Shown: positions 44,550 through 57,908, counted from the first letter of the whole stretch. The stretch is DNA of 62,803 nt, filler included, from Guillardia theta CCMP2712 (GCF_000315625.1; 4 parts of 4 records of this genome joined end to end with filler, not necessarily neighbours in it); one strand, 5' to 3'. The notes: generated by a model not told the origin, from the letters alone. Made by a program: numbers and translations.

Positions 44550-45100
44550 CGGCCGCCTCCGATCGGACGGAGTCCACCGTGACATAGGCTAAACCCTAAA
44601 CCCTGGAGAGTCAGGGCCATCGCCGGTGTGTCAGAACGGTGCATTCGGGGCGCGCCGCGGGGGCGCGGCCCTCCCGGGCCCCGGCGGGGGGACGCCGGCT
44701 CAGCGGCTGCTGGCAGTCACGGTGCCACTGGGCCCGGCAGGCCCGGCCAGCCCGCGGCTGAGTGACTCTGTGAGTACCAGTTGGCACGGGAATAGTCCGT
44801 CGGATCCGGCGGCGGGGCCCCCCGCCGGCGGCCGCCACCCGCCCGCGGAGTCCGATCCGCTCGGACCGTGACTGCCGACGGCGGGGGGGTGGTACTAATT
44901 TGAAGCCCGGCCCGGGGGACGGCCGCCTCCAGCCTCGCCGGAGTGGCCCGCAGTGAACCGTCCGACGATCTGGCCTGTACATGGCCCGCGGGGTCAGGCC
45001 GCCCCACGGCCCGGGCCAGGCCCCCCCGCGTACGCACTGAGTACTACAGTAGCGGCGGCGGCGGCGGCGGCGCCGGGCCCCGGCCCCGGCGGCCCCACTG
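44550..45100. promoter_or_regulatory. GC/CpG-rich island between divergent LRR and PSMB2 genes
   Basis: Extremely GC-rich with GATCGG/CCGATC inverted words; contains TAAACCCTAAACCCT at ~44590. Confidence 0.45.
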
Positions 45101-45696
45101 AATTAAGAATATGGAATTAAGAAATTAAGCTCAGGATTAAGAAAGAGGGAGGTGGATTTAGAAAGTGACACCTGTCCGCGTTATGGAGGGAGGGGCGACA
45201 AAGCAGAGAGGAAGAGGATATGAAAGGAGTGAGGAAGAGAAGATGACAGAGAGAAGATGAGTAGACGCTGCAGAGAGGAGGGAGAGAGGAGAGATGAATG
45301 GTACAACGAGATAGAGGAATTTGCTAGGGACGGCGAGAAGGGATCTGAACGCAATGAGAGGGTTTTTGTACATGAGACAGAAACACAGCGCAGATGTAGG
45401 GGGGAATGAAGACATTCTCATGTTGTTCTTCTTGATGGATATCATGAGAATGATGCTCAGGCAGAATATTGCAGTCTTCACTTCTTTAGTGGGATCGATC
45501 TCATTTGAAGGCTTGAAAGTATATGGTTAATCATCTCATACGAGCATGCCTTTTTTTTTTTGATTGTTGTTAGAGCAGTATGTTGGAACGTTCCCTTAAT
45601 TCTTTTCTTATTTCCACCTACAGGCAGCAGGGAAGATTCGTCTTGAGTCTCCAGTGCATTTGCCTACACCTCTTGCCATCGCACATCGTCTGAGCA

Positions 45697-46343
45697 ATGG
45701 ATCATCTGCTGGGTTTGGTCGGCGACGGGTACGCTCTCGTTGCAGCTGACCGCAACGTGAATCACTCGATCATCGCGGTGAAGCACGACGAGGACAAAAT
45801 CCTCAAACTTGACAATAGCAAGCTGTTGGGATGCGTTGGTGAGCTGGGAGACACCAAGAACTTCTCCGAGTACGTCCAAAAGAACATGGCCCTCTACGCT
45901 CTCAGGAATGGCTGCCACCTGAGCACGCATGCTGCTGCTCATTTCGTCCGCGGAGAGATCGCGCATGCCATTCGTCACTCCCCTAAGATGTGCAACATGA
46001 TTCTTGTGGGGTTTGACGGGGACAGCGGCCCCAGCCTGTATCACATCGACTACTTGGGAGGCATGCATAGGATGAACTATGGAGCCCACGGCTATGGCGG
46101 GTTCTTTGCTTCCTCCCTCATGGATAGGTGAGCGGCTTCCTTGGTTCCTTGTGTCTGACGTGCAGCAGATTATGGCGTCCTAACATGCCGCTGGAGGAGG
46201 GGATCCAGCTCATGAAGAAGGCGTTCGCCGAGATCAACCAGCGCTTTCTGGTTGGCGGAGCCACCTTCACTCTGAAAGTGGTGGACAAGGACGGGACTAG
46301 AATCATTGACCTGGGAGAGCAGAACAACAGCATGCAGACATGA
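45697..46343 (+). CDS. PSMB2: 20S proteasome subunit beta type-2 (beta4/PRE1), two exons
   Basis: MDHLLGLVGDGYALVAAD...KHDEDKI...VGELGDTKNFSEYVQKNMALYALRNG...GPSLYHIDYLG...YGAHGYGGFFASSLMDR / LWRPNM...EINQRFLV...FTLKVVDKDGTR; intron ~46128-46168. Confidence 0.95.
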
Positions 46344-46519
46344 AAGGACTTGGACGTGTGAGATTTACAATGAGATGTTGGGATTGCGGCGACCGTGCCG
46401 AGTTTCAGCAGTGCGCCATTCAGCAAGGTTTAACTAGATTCAAGCTCGTACAATCGGCATCAATACAGGAAAAGGGAAACCGAAAGCGAAGCTTGTTGAT
46501 TCCTCTCTATCTCTCTCCC

Positions 46520-49500
46520 TCACTTCTGGAACTCTCCATCAAAACTCGTGAAGCCCGCAAGCTTGAAGATGGGATAGAATGGCTGCACCGACAGTCAGTG
46601 ACCGCCGCGCTCTCCTCCCTGCATCCTCCCTGCCCTCCCCTCCCCGTCTCACCTTCTCGCTGATGTTGGAGCACCAGTGCCATGCCGACGTCAGCCGACC
46701 ATCTATGCATGAGCCTGTGCGGTATGAGATCCGACAACCTCCTCCACCATCTCACCAGCATCGTAGAAGTTGTCAGCTCCCGATCCGTCGAAGGCCGAGC
46801 TGTACAAGTGTGAGGGAGAGATGGGACGAGAGGGAGGGAGAGGAAAGAAGGGAGTGGGAGGGATGGGTGGAGAAGGAAGGAAGGAGAGGAGGGGGAGTGG
46901 GGGAGTGAGTGAACGAGTGAGGGAGGTCACCGGAAGAAGTCAAGAAGGATATCTTTCTGGAGCTTCTCGGGCCCTCCGAAGGTTGTGCGGATGTAGCTCT
47001 CGATCTGCTTATCCGTTAGCCCTCCCACACTTGCCTTCTGCTCCATCCCCTCCCCTCCCCCTCCCCCTCCCCGTCCCCGTCCCCCTCCCTTGCTGCTGCT
47101 GCTGCTAATGCCTTTCCCTTCCCCTTCCTTCCAACCTGCGGGTTCTTGCACAGCTCTGGGATGTTCCTGAGGACGATGACGATGGGGTTCAAGATACTTG
47201 CTACCTGCAAGAAGAGTGAGGACGGAAGGGGAGGAGAGCCGGTACACGGTCAAGGGAGGAGGGAATAGACGACAGCAGGTCTAAGGAGCAGGGAGGAGGG
47301 AGGAGGGAGGGAGGAGGGAGGAGGGCACCTGAGTGTACTTGTCGATGAAGATGAGAGCGTTGGGGACGTTGTTGTCTCCGAGATGAACGACGGAGGAGCC
47401 GATCCAGGAGCCAACGCGCTGCTGAGTAGAGTGAAGGATGTTCCTCATGGCCTTGGAAACTCTTGGGGCGGCTTGAACCCTCTGAAAAGCTAGTGAGAAG
47501 GGGAGGAGGAGGAGGAGGAGAAGAAGGGGAGCAGAAGGGGAGGAGGGAAGGAGAAAAGCAGGAGGGGAGGGAGGGGCGGAGACAAGCGACAGGAAGGGGC
47601 AAGGAAGTGGATAAAAGGGAAGGGGGAAAGGGAGGGAGGAAGAGTAGTTCTGCCGAGGAGAGGAGTGAAGTGAGGTAGCAGGGACCTGCAAGCCTTGCCC
47701 TGTGTCCTTGAGGTCATAACGATTGTCTGGACTCAGCAGATCTTCTTCGGCGAGGCACCAGAGGCTGGAGGAGCGAAAGTGAACGACAGCGAAGAATCAA
47801 GAGATTGACGGAGAAGGGAAGTCGACAGGAGTATGCGAGGAGGAAGAGGAGGAGGATAGATACTGAAGTAGTGAGCAGGAGGAGGGGTAGTCGGATGATG
47901 ATGATGATGATGATGAGGAGGAGGAGGAATCAACCGGAACATATCATGAGCAATCTCCTTCCACAGCGTGAGGGACTGAAGGACGTACTGGTACTGCTTG
48001 GCATGGCTGCAAGTTCACCTTCAGCTCTGCTTCCTCCCTTCCTCCCGACCCACCTATGCGACAACCTCGCTCCTCCTGCCCCGTCGGCGATCGACAGGTC
48101 GTAACCTTCCTCGATTCTGTCCGGGTTGAACAAGGTGGTCTGAATGGGGACGTCAGCGAGAGAGGAGGAGGAGAGGACAGCAATGATGTGCGTGAGGACG
48201 GCATGTGGAAATGAGAGGAGAGGGAGGGGAAGGAGAGGAGTGTGGGAGAGGAAGGTGGAAGAGGAGGTGGAGGAAGGAGGCAAGAGAGGGCGAGGAGAAA
48301 GGTGAGGGGGACAGGGAGACAAAAAGCGAAAGGGAGGAGGACGGAGGGAGTAGGGAAGGGGAAGGAGGAAGGAGGAGAGAGCAGGGGAGGGAGGAAGAGG
48401 AGGGAGGGAGCAGGGGAGGGAAGGGAGGAAGAGACCAGGTAAGTGATCATCTTGTTGACTGGATCTCGGTTGGCAGTGAGGAAGCTATGGTTGTCTCCGA
48501 TGGAGTATAGACACAGTTGAATCTCCTCCGCCTCAATCCTGGCCCAGCTCGTCACCAGCTCCCCCTGCTCCCCACCTTCCTCTCCACTCTCTACTCTCTG
48601 CCTGCCCTCCTGCCTGCACTCCCTCGCTCCTCCTCCGTTCCCCTCCCGCCACTTCACCTCCACCTCCTCCTCCTCACCTCTTGCTGGAGTATTTCTGCGC
48701 GAGGTGCTCGATCGCACGGTGTTTCTCCATGCTCTCTCGGTTCAGTTGGTTCCTCGACTTCACCCCGTCCGCTAAGATCTCTCGCGTCGCTACCGTGATC
48801 AGCCCGTCCTTGAGAACTCCCTGCCGGCCATCCTTCACCTCCTCCCCTCCCCTCCTCCTCTGCATCCTCCGTCCCTCTGTCCCCTTCCCTCCTGTTTTCT
48901 TCCTCCCTTCCTCTCACTCGTCCCCTGCCTACTTTCTGTTTCCCTTCCTCCTCTGCTCCCTCTTCCACCCTCCTCGTCGTCACCGACCTCGGCTCCGCGC
49001 TCTTCCAGGTAGGAGAAGACAGTCTTGAGGGGACGCACACAAGAGATGTCAAGGAATTGCTGAACCTCCTGAGAGCTTGAATCCTGCAGCTCATCAGCCT
49101 CTTCCTCCTCCTCCCTCCTTCTCTCCTCCTCCCCCCTCCTCTCCTCCTCCCTTCTCTTCCTCCTCCTCCCTTCTCTTCCTCCTCCTCCCTTCTCTTCCTC
49201 CTCCTCCCTTCTCCTGCTCCTCCCCCACCAAAAAATTCTTCTCTTCCTCCTCCTCCTTTACCCATCTTTCCTCGCTGCGTCTATCATCCCCTTCTTTCCT
49301 CCTCCACCCCCGCCTCCTCCCTCCACCTCATCAGCATCCGCAGCAACTTACTTGCAGCATGTAGATCAGCTTCCCGTACTCCCCGCGCATCTTTTCCGGA
49401 TTCATCACCTGGTTGTCCCGTCAGCAGGTAGCAGCGGAGTTGGACCGGAAAACAGTGGAAGGAGGAAGGAGGAAGGAGGAAGGAGGAAGGAGGAAGGAGG

Positions 49501-50402
49501 AAGGAGGAAGGAGGAGGATGACGGTGTGTGGAAGGTGTAAGAAGGACAGAACAGAGGGAGGAGGGTAAGGGAGGTATACCTTGTGTCTTCTTCCGATCTC
49601 TAGGATTGTTTGAAAGAATTCCTTCAGGACAATTTAGGTGACGTGTGTTCTCTTCCCCCCTCTACACTCCCCTCTTCTCCTTTCTATCCATAATCCCTCG
49701 CCATACATCCCAATCTGGAAAAACTAAGCACCTCCCGATTGTGTTCCCATCTGTGTCCTCGGACACTGAGGACCAAACTGAGAACAAGCTGAACAAGGAC
49801 CACTACTGAGGGTAGTAAGGAGAAGCCGGCGTACGAGGATGGAGACANNNNNNNNNNNNNNNNNNNNNNNNNNNNNNNNNNNNNNNNNNNNNNNNNNNNN
49901 NNNNNNNNNNNNNNNNNNNNNNNNNNNNNNNNNNNNNNNNNNNNNNNTCCCCCCTCCCCCCTTCCCCCGTTCGTCGAATCGTCATCCCCTCCTCTTCATC
50001 ATCTTTCTCCTTTGCACATCTCCCCCTCTTCTCCCCTCCCATCCTCCTCCCCGCTTCTCTTCCTCACCTCATGCTCCTTGAACTCTCTGCTGTCCATGAG
50101 CTCCTTCCCCGCGGTGTAGTCGGTCGCAATCAGCAGAGAGGAGAGGAACGAGCAGATGTCTTGCAGCTGCATGTGAACTCTCTTCGCCTTCTTCACTCCC
50201 GGCGTGTCCACCTTGTCCGTATAGCCGCTCACCTGCTCCTACCTCAGCGCTCCTCCTCCCTCCCCCCGCCCCCTCTTCCTACCGAGAGCGCTGCCTCCAC
50301 CAGCCGCAGCTTCTTTCTCTCCGCCAGCGTCAGGCGTATGGGGATATATTTGGCTCTCTCAATGAAGTAGTTTCCTACACTGCTAGTCAATATACAGAAG
50401 AC

Positions 50403-50444
<42 letters not shown>

Positions 50445-51600
50445 CCCCTCCTCCTGCTCCTCCTCTTGCTATTTCCCCAGCCCTTGCACCCTCTATTCAT
50501 CCAGCTCTCAATTTTTTCTCAAATTTCCCCTCCTCCCACCTGCATCCACCCTCGGCTCGGAGGACACGGCGGAAGGGACGGGCTGGTCGGCGGAGGTCAT
50601 TTCTTCCCGCTCGTCGCTGCTGGCTTCGTCGTTGGGCGTCAGGCTGATGGGCGCGTGAGACGATCTCTTGCCCTTCCGATGTAGCATCTGGAGGAGAAGA
50701 CATCAGGGGAACAGATGACGGGGGAGAGGACCAGATCGAGAGGGAGGAGGAGGAGGAGGAGGAGGAGGAAGCGAAGAGGGTTATGTTACAGAGAAGGCAA
50801 GGAATGAGACGAGAAGTTGGCAGGAAGACACACGAGGATTAGACGGAGCTCGAGAGCAGAGAGGAAAAGGGGGAAGAAGGATGCAAGGATGAGGGAGGGA
50901 GGGAGGGAGGGAGGAAATTGCTTGAGGGATTCATGCCAAGTCTTTTCAGTGAAGGATTATTGGTGGCGAGGAAGATACGTACATTGAAGCAGACTCTGCA
51001 GTATTCATCGCCGCATTCCTCGCACCTCACTCTCGCCCTCTGGTCCTTACAGTCCACACAGAAACCCTGCGGCGCGTCCTCTGTCTGAGCCTGACCAAGT
51101 TGACAAGCGTATCAGTGAATGCCAGCGCATGTGCTGAAATGTGCATACACTGCATCAGTAGACACATTGAAGTTGTGCAAGTCAAAAATCATCAGTGAAG
51201 AGGAGAGCACGACAGTAGAAGAGGAGGAAACTCGTCGTCTCTGATCTCGTTCTTCTCACCTCAACGTCCATCACTGTGTCCTCGTCGGCAACCTCTTCAG
51301 CACCATCCAATACCCTGAGCAAGGGAGTCAGCCGATCGGGCAATGGTCAGAAGAGCGGAAGAGGAGCAAGATGATGATGACGGAGAAGAAGAAGAATATG
51401 ATGATGAGAGATGGAGAAGATGATGATGATGGAGGTTTAGAGACGACGACAACGACGATGATTATGATAGATGTCTATCTAGTCGATGATGACTGTGGCG
51501 ACGATGCCAAGTGCAGTCATGATGAGCAAAGAGACGGAGAACTCGTTGATGAATACAGTGGTGCATCTCACCTTGCCAGTCGAGAGCTCGAAGCCGCCGT
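46520..51600 (-). CDS. UPF0652/DUF2009-family protein with N-terminal B-box-like zinc finger, multi-exon
   Basis: [26 protein letters not shown]; [25 protein letters not shown]; GYTDKVD; [27 protein letters not shown]; [12 protein letters not shown]; GARLSHRW; [27 protein letters not shown]; [20 protein letters not shown]. Start position is uncertain. Confidence 0.8.
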
Positions 51601-52147
51601 CATGGCGTCCTCGCTCTCTCCAAACAGGCAGCTGTGTGAAAAACCCTGGGTAAAGCTAAAGTCATCTCCCAGCAGCGATCGCGAGCCCCCTCCTCACCGT
51701 CTTGAAAGAACCTCTCTGTACTCCAAGTCGAATGCCCAGGAACCTGAACAAGCAACTTCGAGTCTGAGAGACGAACGTCAGGCAAGGCATGTCAACGATG
51801 GCGACATAAAAGCGACAAGGCAGGGCAAGATGACAAGAAGCATGGAGGGCGTCAACGAAGCAGATCTCACAGCGGCTCCACATGCATTACCTGGGAGAAC
51901 AAGACAGAGAGAACTATCACCACAAGGGCAACAGCAACCTCCAACGTGATTGGGAAGATGGTGGAAGCACAGCGTTAAGTGTTGATCAAGGGGCAAAGCG
52001 CTGCCCCTGCCGACAAATGTCAGGAAACAGAATAGGAGGAACCGAAATAGATATTATTGATCACACACCAATCTCCACCTTGACTCAATACACATTTCAT
52101 TACCTTACTTTACCTCGCTTCTCATCACCCTCATTTTTGCCACTTTC

Positions 52148-52435
52148 ATCTCATCTCATCTCATCTAACCTCATCTCATCTCATCTCATCTCATCTCATC
52201 TCATCTCATCTCATCTAACCTCATCTCATCTAACCTCATCTCATCTAACCTCATCTCATCTCATCTCATCTCATCTCATCTAACCTCATCTCATCTCATC
52301 TCATCTCATCTCATCTCATCTCATCTCATCTAACCTCATCTCATCTCATCTCATCTCATCTCATCTCATCTCATCTCATCTCATCTCATCTCATCTCATC
52401 TCATCTCATCCCATCCCATCCCATCTCATCTCATC
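52148..52435. repeat. (ATCTC)n microsatellite
   Basis: Directly visible. Confidence 0.95.
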
Positions 52436-53671
52436 TTCCTCTCCCTCCCTCACTCCCTCTCCGCCCCCTTCCGCATGCGCCATTTCTCTACATGCTCCCG
52501 CTCACTTTGAAGATGTACCTACCCCCCACCTGAACATTTGCACTTACCCCTACCCCTCTTTGAAGTACCCCCACCTATTCATTGAGCAAAAGTAACCCCC
52601 CTTTTCATACGTAAAAAAATACCCCCCCTTTGGAGGCACCATGCTAGGTTCAATATCACCCTACCCTTGCCAATCATTGCTACCCTCTTTTCTAGTGGGA
52701 TATGTACCCCTGCTTACCTCTCTACCCCACCTCACTTTCAACCCGGAGATAGCCTATCTTAGTTGGGTGGGTCCCTCTTAAACCCAGAGCATGGTGTGGT
52801 CAGACGGGAAGGGTGAAAGGGGGTAGTGTCTCAGATTTAGTGGGGTGGGTAGTGTTGACCGCAGTTGACAACCTCCAAAGGGTGGGTACTTTATAATAGG
52901 TAGATAGGGGTACTCAAAAATCAACGGCGGTGTAGTGGGATGCCAACAGGGGGGTAGGAGGGGTGTCGAGGGGGTGGGGTGTGCAGGTAGGAAGGAAGTT
53001 TGACATCATATGGGTGGGGGTAGTGAAAGCAGAGCTCCGGGGTAGTCTGGTGCGTTATCATATATATATATATATATGAATATAAATTAATAGAGCATTT
53101 TCAACTAATATTTTGATATAGGCTGACCTTTTTATAAATATTATTGATAATACATCAACACCCACTTTGTGCGGAAATATATAAATATTTTAAATGTTAT
53201 CGATACTGATTTTACAAATACTTATAAAATAAAACATTGTTCAAAAAATACCCTCGTCCCCCCTCGGTCCTCCTCCTTTAAGTGCCCATGCCGGCCGGGG
53301 GCGGGGCAGGGCAAGAGAGAGGGGGACGGGGATGCAGGGGAGGGAAGGTGCAGGTAGAGGAGGCGAGAGATGGACAGCAGAGAGAGCAGGCTCTTAGAAT
53401 CCTTCCCTTCCGCATTGTCATATGCTGTGCTCCTTCCTGGGTGACTCCCCGTGGCATGTCCCTCCAAGGAGGTGTAGGATGTTTGCTGGTGATCCACCAG
53501 ATGGGAGACATGTTTGAGCTTGGCGTGAGTTCTGATCCTTGAAGTGTCCAGGTCTCCTCAACGTCCGCTGGTTTGAAGAAGTTCGGATGTGGTCAAGAAA
53601 AGAACCCAAGCGTCATTGTGTTGTTGCAACCTGCATCTTTGTCCGGGGGGTGTAGAGCGAAGATTTGGAGC

Positions 53672-55022
53672 ATGGTACATTCCAAGCGTTCTTCATCAGT
53701 GTCTCTTCTGTTTCTCTGCATTAGCACAGTCCTTGCTAGCTTCTATGATTCGACTTCAGTCTCACAAGCTCGGATACCGTCATCGTCCTTGTCTCCTTCA
53801 GGCGCCAGGCTGTCGTCTCGTCTCCGTGGGGGATCCGCCTCGTTGCCTCATCCAGCGAACTCATCGGGCTGGTTGGATGTCGACGAGAGAGAGCAGGCGG
53901 AGCATGCAGAAGCCTCGATGACCCATAGGCTCCCATCCTTCCGAGATGAGGACCCGACGGAGTCCGATGGGAAGCAGCGGGCAAGCATTGTGTATGAGGG
54001 GATAAGGCCTTCGATCTCGCTGCGAGACGCCTGGCACTCTCCCTCCACCGAGCCCTCGGCTCCTCTTGACCCTCAGGTCCAGCTGAAGTGGCACAACCAG
54101 CTCATGAAGGAGGCCAAACAGATGGGAAAGCTGCAGGATCATAGGAGCAAGGAGGGCAGGAGAGCGGCGGCCAGGTTTGACTCTGCCGAGTCGTATGACA
54201 GCGAGCTCCAGCATAGCTCGAGCCTGAGGGCGAGGAGCGAGGAGCGAGAGAGCTTGCAGCAGCCTGCCAGGAGGCCCTCGAGCAGGAGGGAGGGAAGCTC
54301 CACAGAGGCTTCCTCCACCATCCTCCGGTTCAAAGTTGACGTGCTGGGGCTGAGGGAGGGAGAGGAGGTGCTGGTAGTGGGCAACCATGGGAAGCTAGGG
54401 AGCTGGGATCCTGATCGCGGGCTGGAGCTGAGCAGCGAGGGAGACAGGAAGGAGTGGAGGGGGGAGGTGGAGCTGATGCTCCCTGGGGACCTGGTGGCCT
54501 ACGAGTACAAGTACGTGGTGAGGTCGGGTAAGGAGTACAGGTGGGAGGTCAAGATACCTAACAGAAAGGTCACGATCCCGTCTGACTTCTTCGGAATGAT
54601 CGTAGTCGTCCAAGACGGCACGTTCAACATGATGAGCCCCACCAGGGTGCTGCTTCCCCAGCCCCGGGAGGATCCACGGGAGGACGCCGAAGACTTCGGG
54701 CGGGAGGAGGAGGAGGCGGAGGCGGATGAGAGGCAGGAGCAGGCTGCTGCTGGAGCAGAAGAGGGAGAGGGCAGATCTTTAGATGGAAACCTGGAGGCCA
54801 GGTCATGGCATACCCTTGAGAGGGAGCAGCTCGAAGAAGCGTCTGGCAGGCCGGCAGCAGCAACAGCAGGAGCAGGAGCAGCGGAGGAGGAGCAGGAGGC
54901 AGCGGAGGCTGGGGGGGAGGAGGAAGACGCAGACGAGAAGACTCTTCTGCAGCGGGAGCTGGAGGTGACGAGGTCGAAGCTGAGCCTCATGCTGTCCATG
55001 GTCGACAGCCTGCAGGACGCGC
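53672..55022 (+). CDS. Signal-peptide-bearing CBM20 starch-binding-domain protein, 3' truncated at contig end
   Basis: MVHSKRSSSVSLLFLCISTVLASF (signal-peptide-like), then a Ser-rich leader ending RLRGG. CBM20 ~54318-54580: LRFKVDV..LREGEEVLVVGNHGKLGSWDPDRGLEL...WRGEVEL...YEYKYVV...WEVKIPNR. An acidic region and a coiled coil follow. Confidence 0.8.
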
Positions 55023-55269
55023 NNNNNNNNNNNNNNNNNNNNNNNNNNNNNNNNNNNNNNNNNNNNTTAATTAATTAANNNNNNNNNNNNNNNNNNNNNN
55101 NNNNNNNNNNNNNNNNNNNNNNACTCAGTACAGATATTTCTCTGGGGCAGCCACGTAAGCTTCCTAGGACCTCGGTCCTACCAGAGGTCTAAGCTGATAC
55201 GGTCTTGCGGGCCTATTGATTCAGGACAGCTTTGCACCCCACTGAGCAGGAGGAGGAGGAGCCTTGAAG

Positions 55270-55610
55270 GGGAGGAGTAGCACAAGCAGAGGCAGAGGCA
55301 GAGGCAGGAGTAGTAGGAGCAGAGGCAGGAGTAGTAGGAGCAGAGGCAGGAGTAGTAGGAGCAGAGGCAGGAGTAGTAGGAGCAGAGGCAGGAGTAGTAG
55401 GAGCAGAGGCAGGAGTAGTAGGAGCAGAGGCAGGAGTAGTAGAAGCAGAGGCAGGAGTAGTAGGAGCGGAGGCAGGAGCAGCACAAGCAGAGGCAGGAGT
55501 AGTAGGAGCAGAGGCAGGAGTAGTAGGAGCAGAGGCAGGTGCAGTAGGAGCAGAGGCAGGAGCAGCAGGAGCAGAGGCAGGTGCAGCAGGAGCAGATGCA
55601 GGAGCAGCAT
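55270..55610. repeat. 21-bp tandem repeat (GCAGAGGCAGGAGTAGTAGGA)n
   Basis: About 15 visible degenerate units; they read ASAPTTP on the minus strand. Confidence 0.85.
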
Positions 55611-55714
55611 TCGTATTGCTCGAACTCAAACTGCCTCCATACCTTTACCAATCTCCGAGTCTTGTCAGCAAGTCTCATTACATCAGCTTCCTGCCCTCCC
55701 TTCCGACATTCGCT

Positions 55715-57277
55715 GTGCTGATAGAGTGATGTCTGTCATGGAGTGGTATGGAGTAGTGTAGCGTAGTGTGCTGATAGAGTGATGTCTGTCATGGAGGGGT
55801 ATGGAGTAGTGTAGCGTAGTGTGCTGATAGAGTGATGTCTGTCATGGAGGGGTATGGAGTAGTGTAGCGTAGTGTGCTGATAGAGTGATGTCTGTCATGG
55901 AGGGGNNNNNNNNNNNNNNNNNNNNNNNNNNNNNNNNNNNNNNNNNNNNNNNNNNNNNNNNNNNNNNNNNNNNNNNNNNNNNNNNNNNNNNNNNNNNNNN
56001 NNNNNNNNNNNNNNNNNNNNNNNNNNNNNNNNNNNNNNNNNNNNNNNNNNNNNNNNNNNNNNNNNNNNNNNNNNNNNNNNNNNNNNNNNNNNNNNNNNNN
56101 NNNNNNNNNNNNNNNNNNNNNNNNNNNNNNNNNNNNNNNNNNNNNNNNNNNNNNNNNNNNNNNNNNNNNNNNNNNNNNNNNNNNNNNNNNNNNNNNNNNN
56201 NNNNNNNNNNNNNNNNNNNNNNNNNNNNNNNNNNNNNNNNNNNNNNNNNNNNNNNNNNNNNNNNNNNNNNNNNNNNNNNNNNNNNNNNNNNNNNNNNNNN
56301 NNNNNNNNNNNNNNNNNNNNNNNNNNNNNNNNNNNNNNNNNNNNNNNNNNNNNNNNNNNNNNNNNNNNNNNNNNNNNNNNNNNNNNNNNNNNNNNNNNNN
56401 NNNNNNNNNNNNNNNNNNNNNNNNNNNNNNNNNNNNNNNNNNNNNNNNNNNNNNNNNNNNNNNNNNNNNNNNNNNNNNNNNNNNNNNNNNNNNNNNNNNA
56501 GTGTAGCGTAGTGTGCTGATAGAGTGATGTCTGTCATGGAGGGGTATGGAGTAGTGTAGCGTAGTGTGCTGATAGAGTGATGTCTGTCATNNNNNNNNNN
56601 NNNNNNNNNNNNNNNNNNNNNNNNNNNNNNNNNNNNNNNNNNNNNNNNNNNNNNNNNNNNNNNNNNNNNNNNNNNNNNNNNNNNNNNNNNTATGGAGTAG
56701 TGTAGCGTAGTGTGCTGATAGAGTGATGTCTGTCATGGAGTGGTATGGAGTAGTGTAGCGTAGTGTGCTGATAGAGTGATGTCTGTCATGGAGGGGTATG
56801 GAGTAGTGTAGCGTAGTGTGCTGATNNNNNNNNNNNNNNNNNNNNNNNNNNNNNNNNNNNNNNNNNNNNNNNNNNNNNNNNNNNNNNNNNNNNNNNNNNN
56901 NNNNNNNNNNNNNNNNNNNNNNNNNNNNNNNNNNNNNNNNNNNNNNNNNNNNNNNNNNNNNNNNNNNNNNNNNNNNNNNNNNNNNNNNNNNNNNNNNNNN
57001 NNNNNNNNNNNNNNNNNNNNNNNNNNNNNNNNNNNNNNNNNNNNNNNNNNNNNNNNNNNNNNNNNNNNNNNNNNNNNAGCGTAGTGTGCTGATAGAGTGA
57101 TGTCTGTCATGGAGTGGTATGGAGTAGTGTAGCGTAGTGTGCTGATAGAGTGATGTCTGTCATGGAGGGGTATGGAGTAGTGTAGCATAGTGTGCTGATA
57201 GAGTGATGTCTGTCATGGAGGGGTATGGAGTAGTGTAGCGTAGTGTGCTGATAGAGTGATGTCTGTCATGGAGGGGT
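55715..57277. repeat. 53-bp tandem satellite GTGCTGATAGAGTGATGTCTGTCATGGAG(G/T)GGTATGGAGTAGTGTAGCGTAGT, interrupted by N gaps
   Basis: Unit starts at 55715, 55768, ...; near-identical copies flank each gap, with no unique spacers. Confidence 0.95.
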
Positions 57278-57378
57278 ANNNNNNNNNNNNNNNNNNNNNN
57301 NNNNNNNNNNNNNNNNNNNNNNTTAATTAATTAANNNNNNNNNNNNNNNNNNNNNNNNNNNNNNNNNNNNNNNNNNNN

Positions 57379-57565
57379 GAAGAGATGACAAGAGAAGAGA
57401 AGAGAAGAGAAGGGAAGAGATGAGAAGCGAAGAGAAGAGATGAGAAGAGAAGAGAAGAGATGAGAAGAGAAGAGAAGAGAAGAGAAGAGAAGAGATAAGA
57501 AGAGAAGAGAAGAGAAGAGAAGAGAAGAGAAGAGAAGAGATGAGATGAGATGAGATGAGATGAGA
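57379..57565. repeat. (AGAAG)n/(AGATG)n microsatellite
   Basis: Directly visible. Confidence 0.95.
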
Positions 57566-57908
57566 AGGGAGGGGAGAAAAGGAGCAAAAGAAAGAGGCTG
57601 AGGTGGAGTAAGGTGAGGTCAGAAGAGACAAGAGAGGAGACGGGAGGGGGGGGGGGGGGGTAGAGCAAGGGGTGGAGAGGAAGAGAGGGTTGCGACAAGA
57701 GAGAAAAAGAAAGGGCGAGGTGAGGAGGTTGTGTAACAAGAGAAGAAAACAGTGGAGCATGCAAGGAAGAATCTCCCGTGCTAATCTCTGCATGCAGATG
57801 GCCGATGAGCCAACTCTAAAGATATGTAGAACTAATGTACAACTATGCCTAAAATGATGCTAAGTCATGATCTGATGTAGCACACCATCATCCTTAAAAC
57901 TTCACTGA

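Noticed and set aside
55715-57277. Possible CRISPR array
   Set aside because: Head-to-tail 53-bp units with no unique spacers, no cas genes, and a eukaryotic context.
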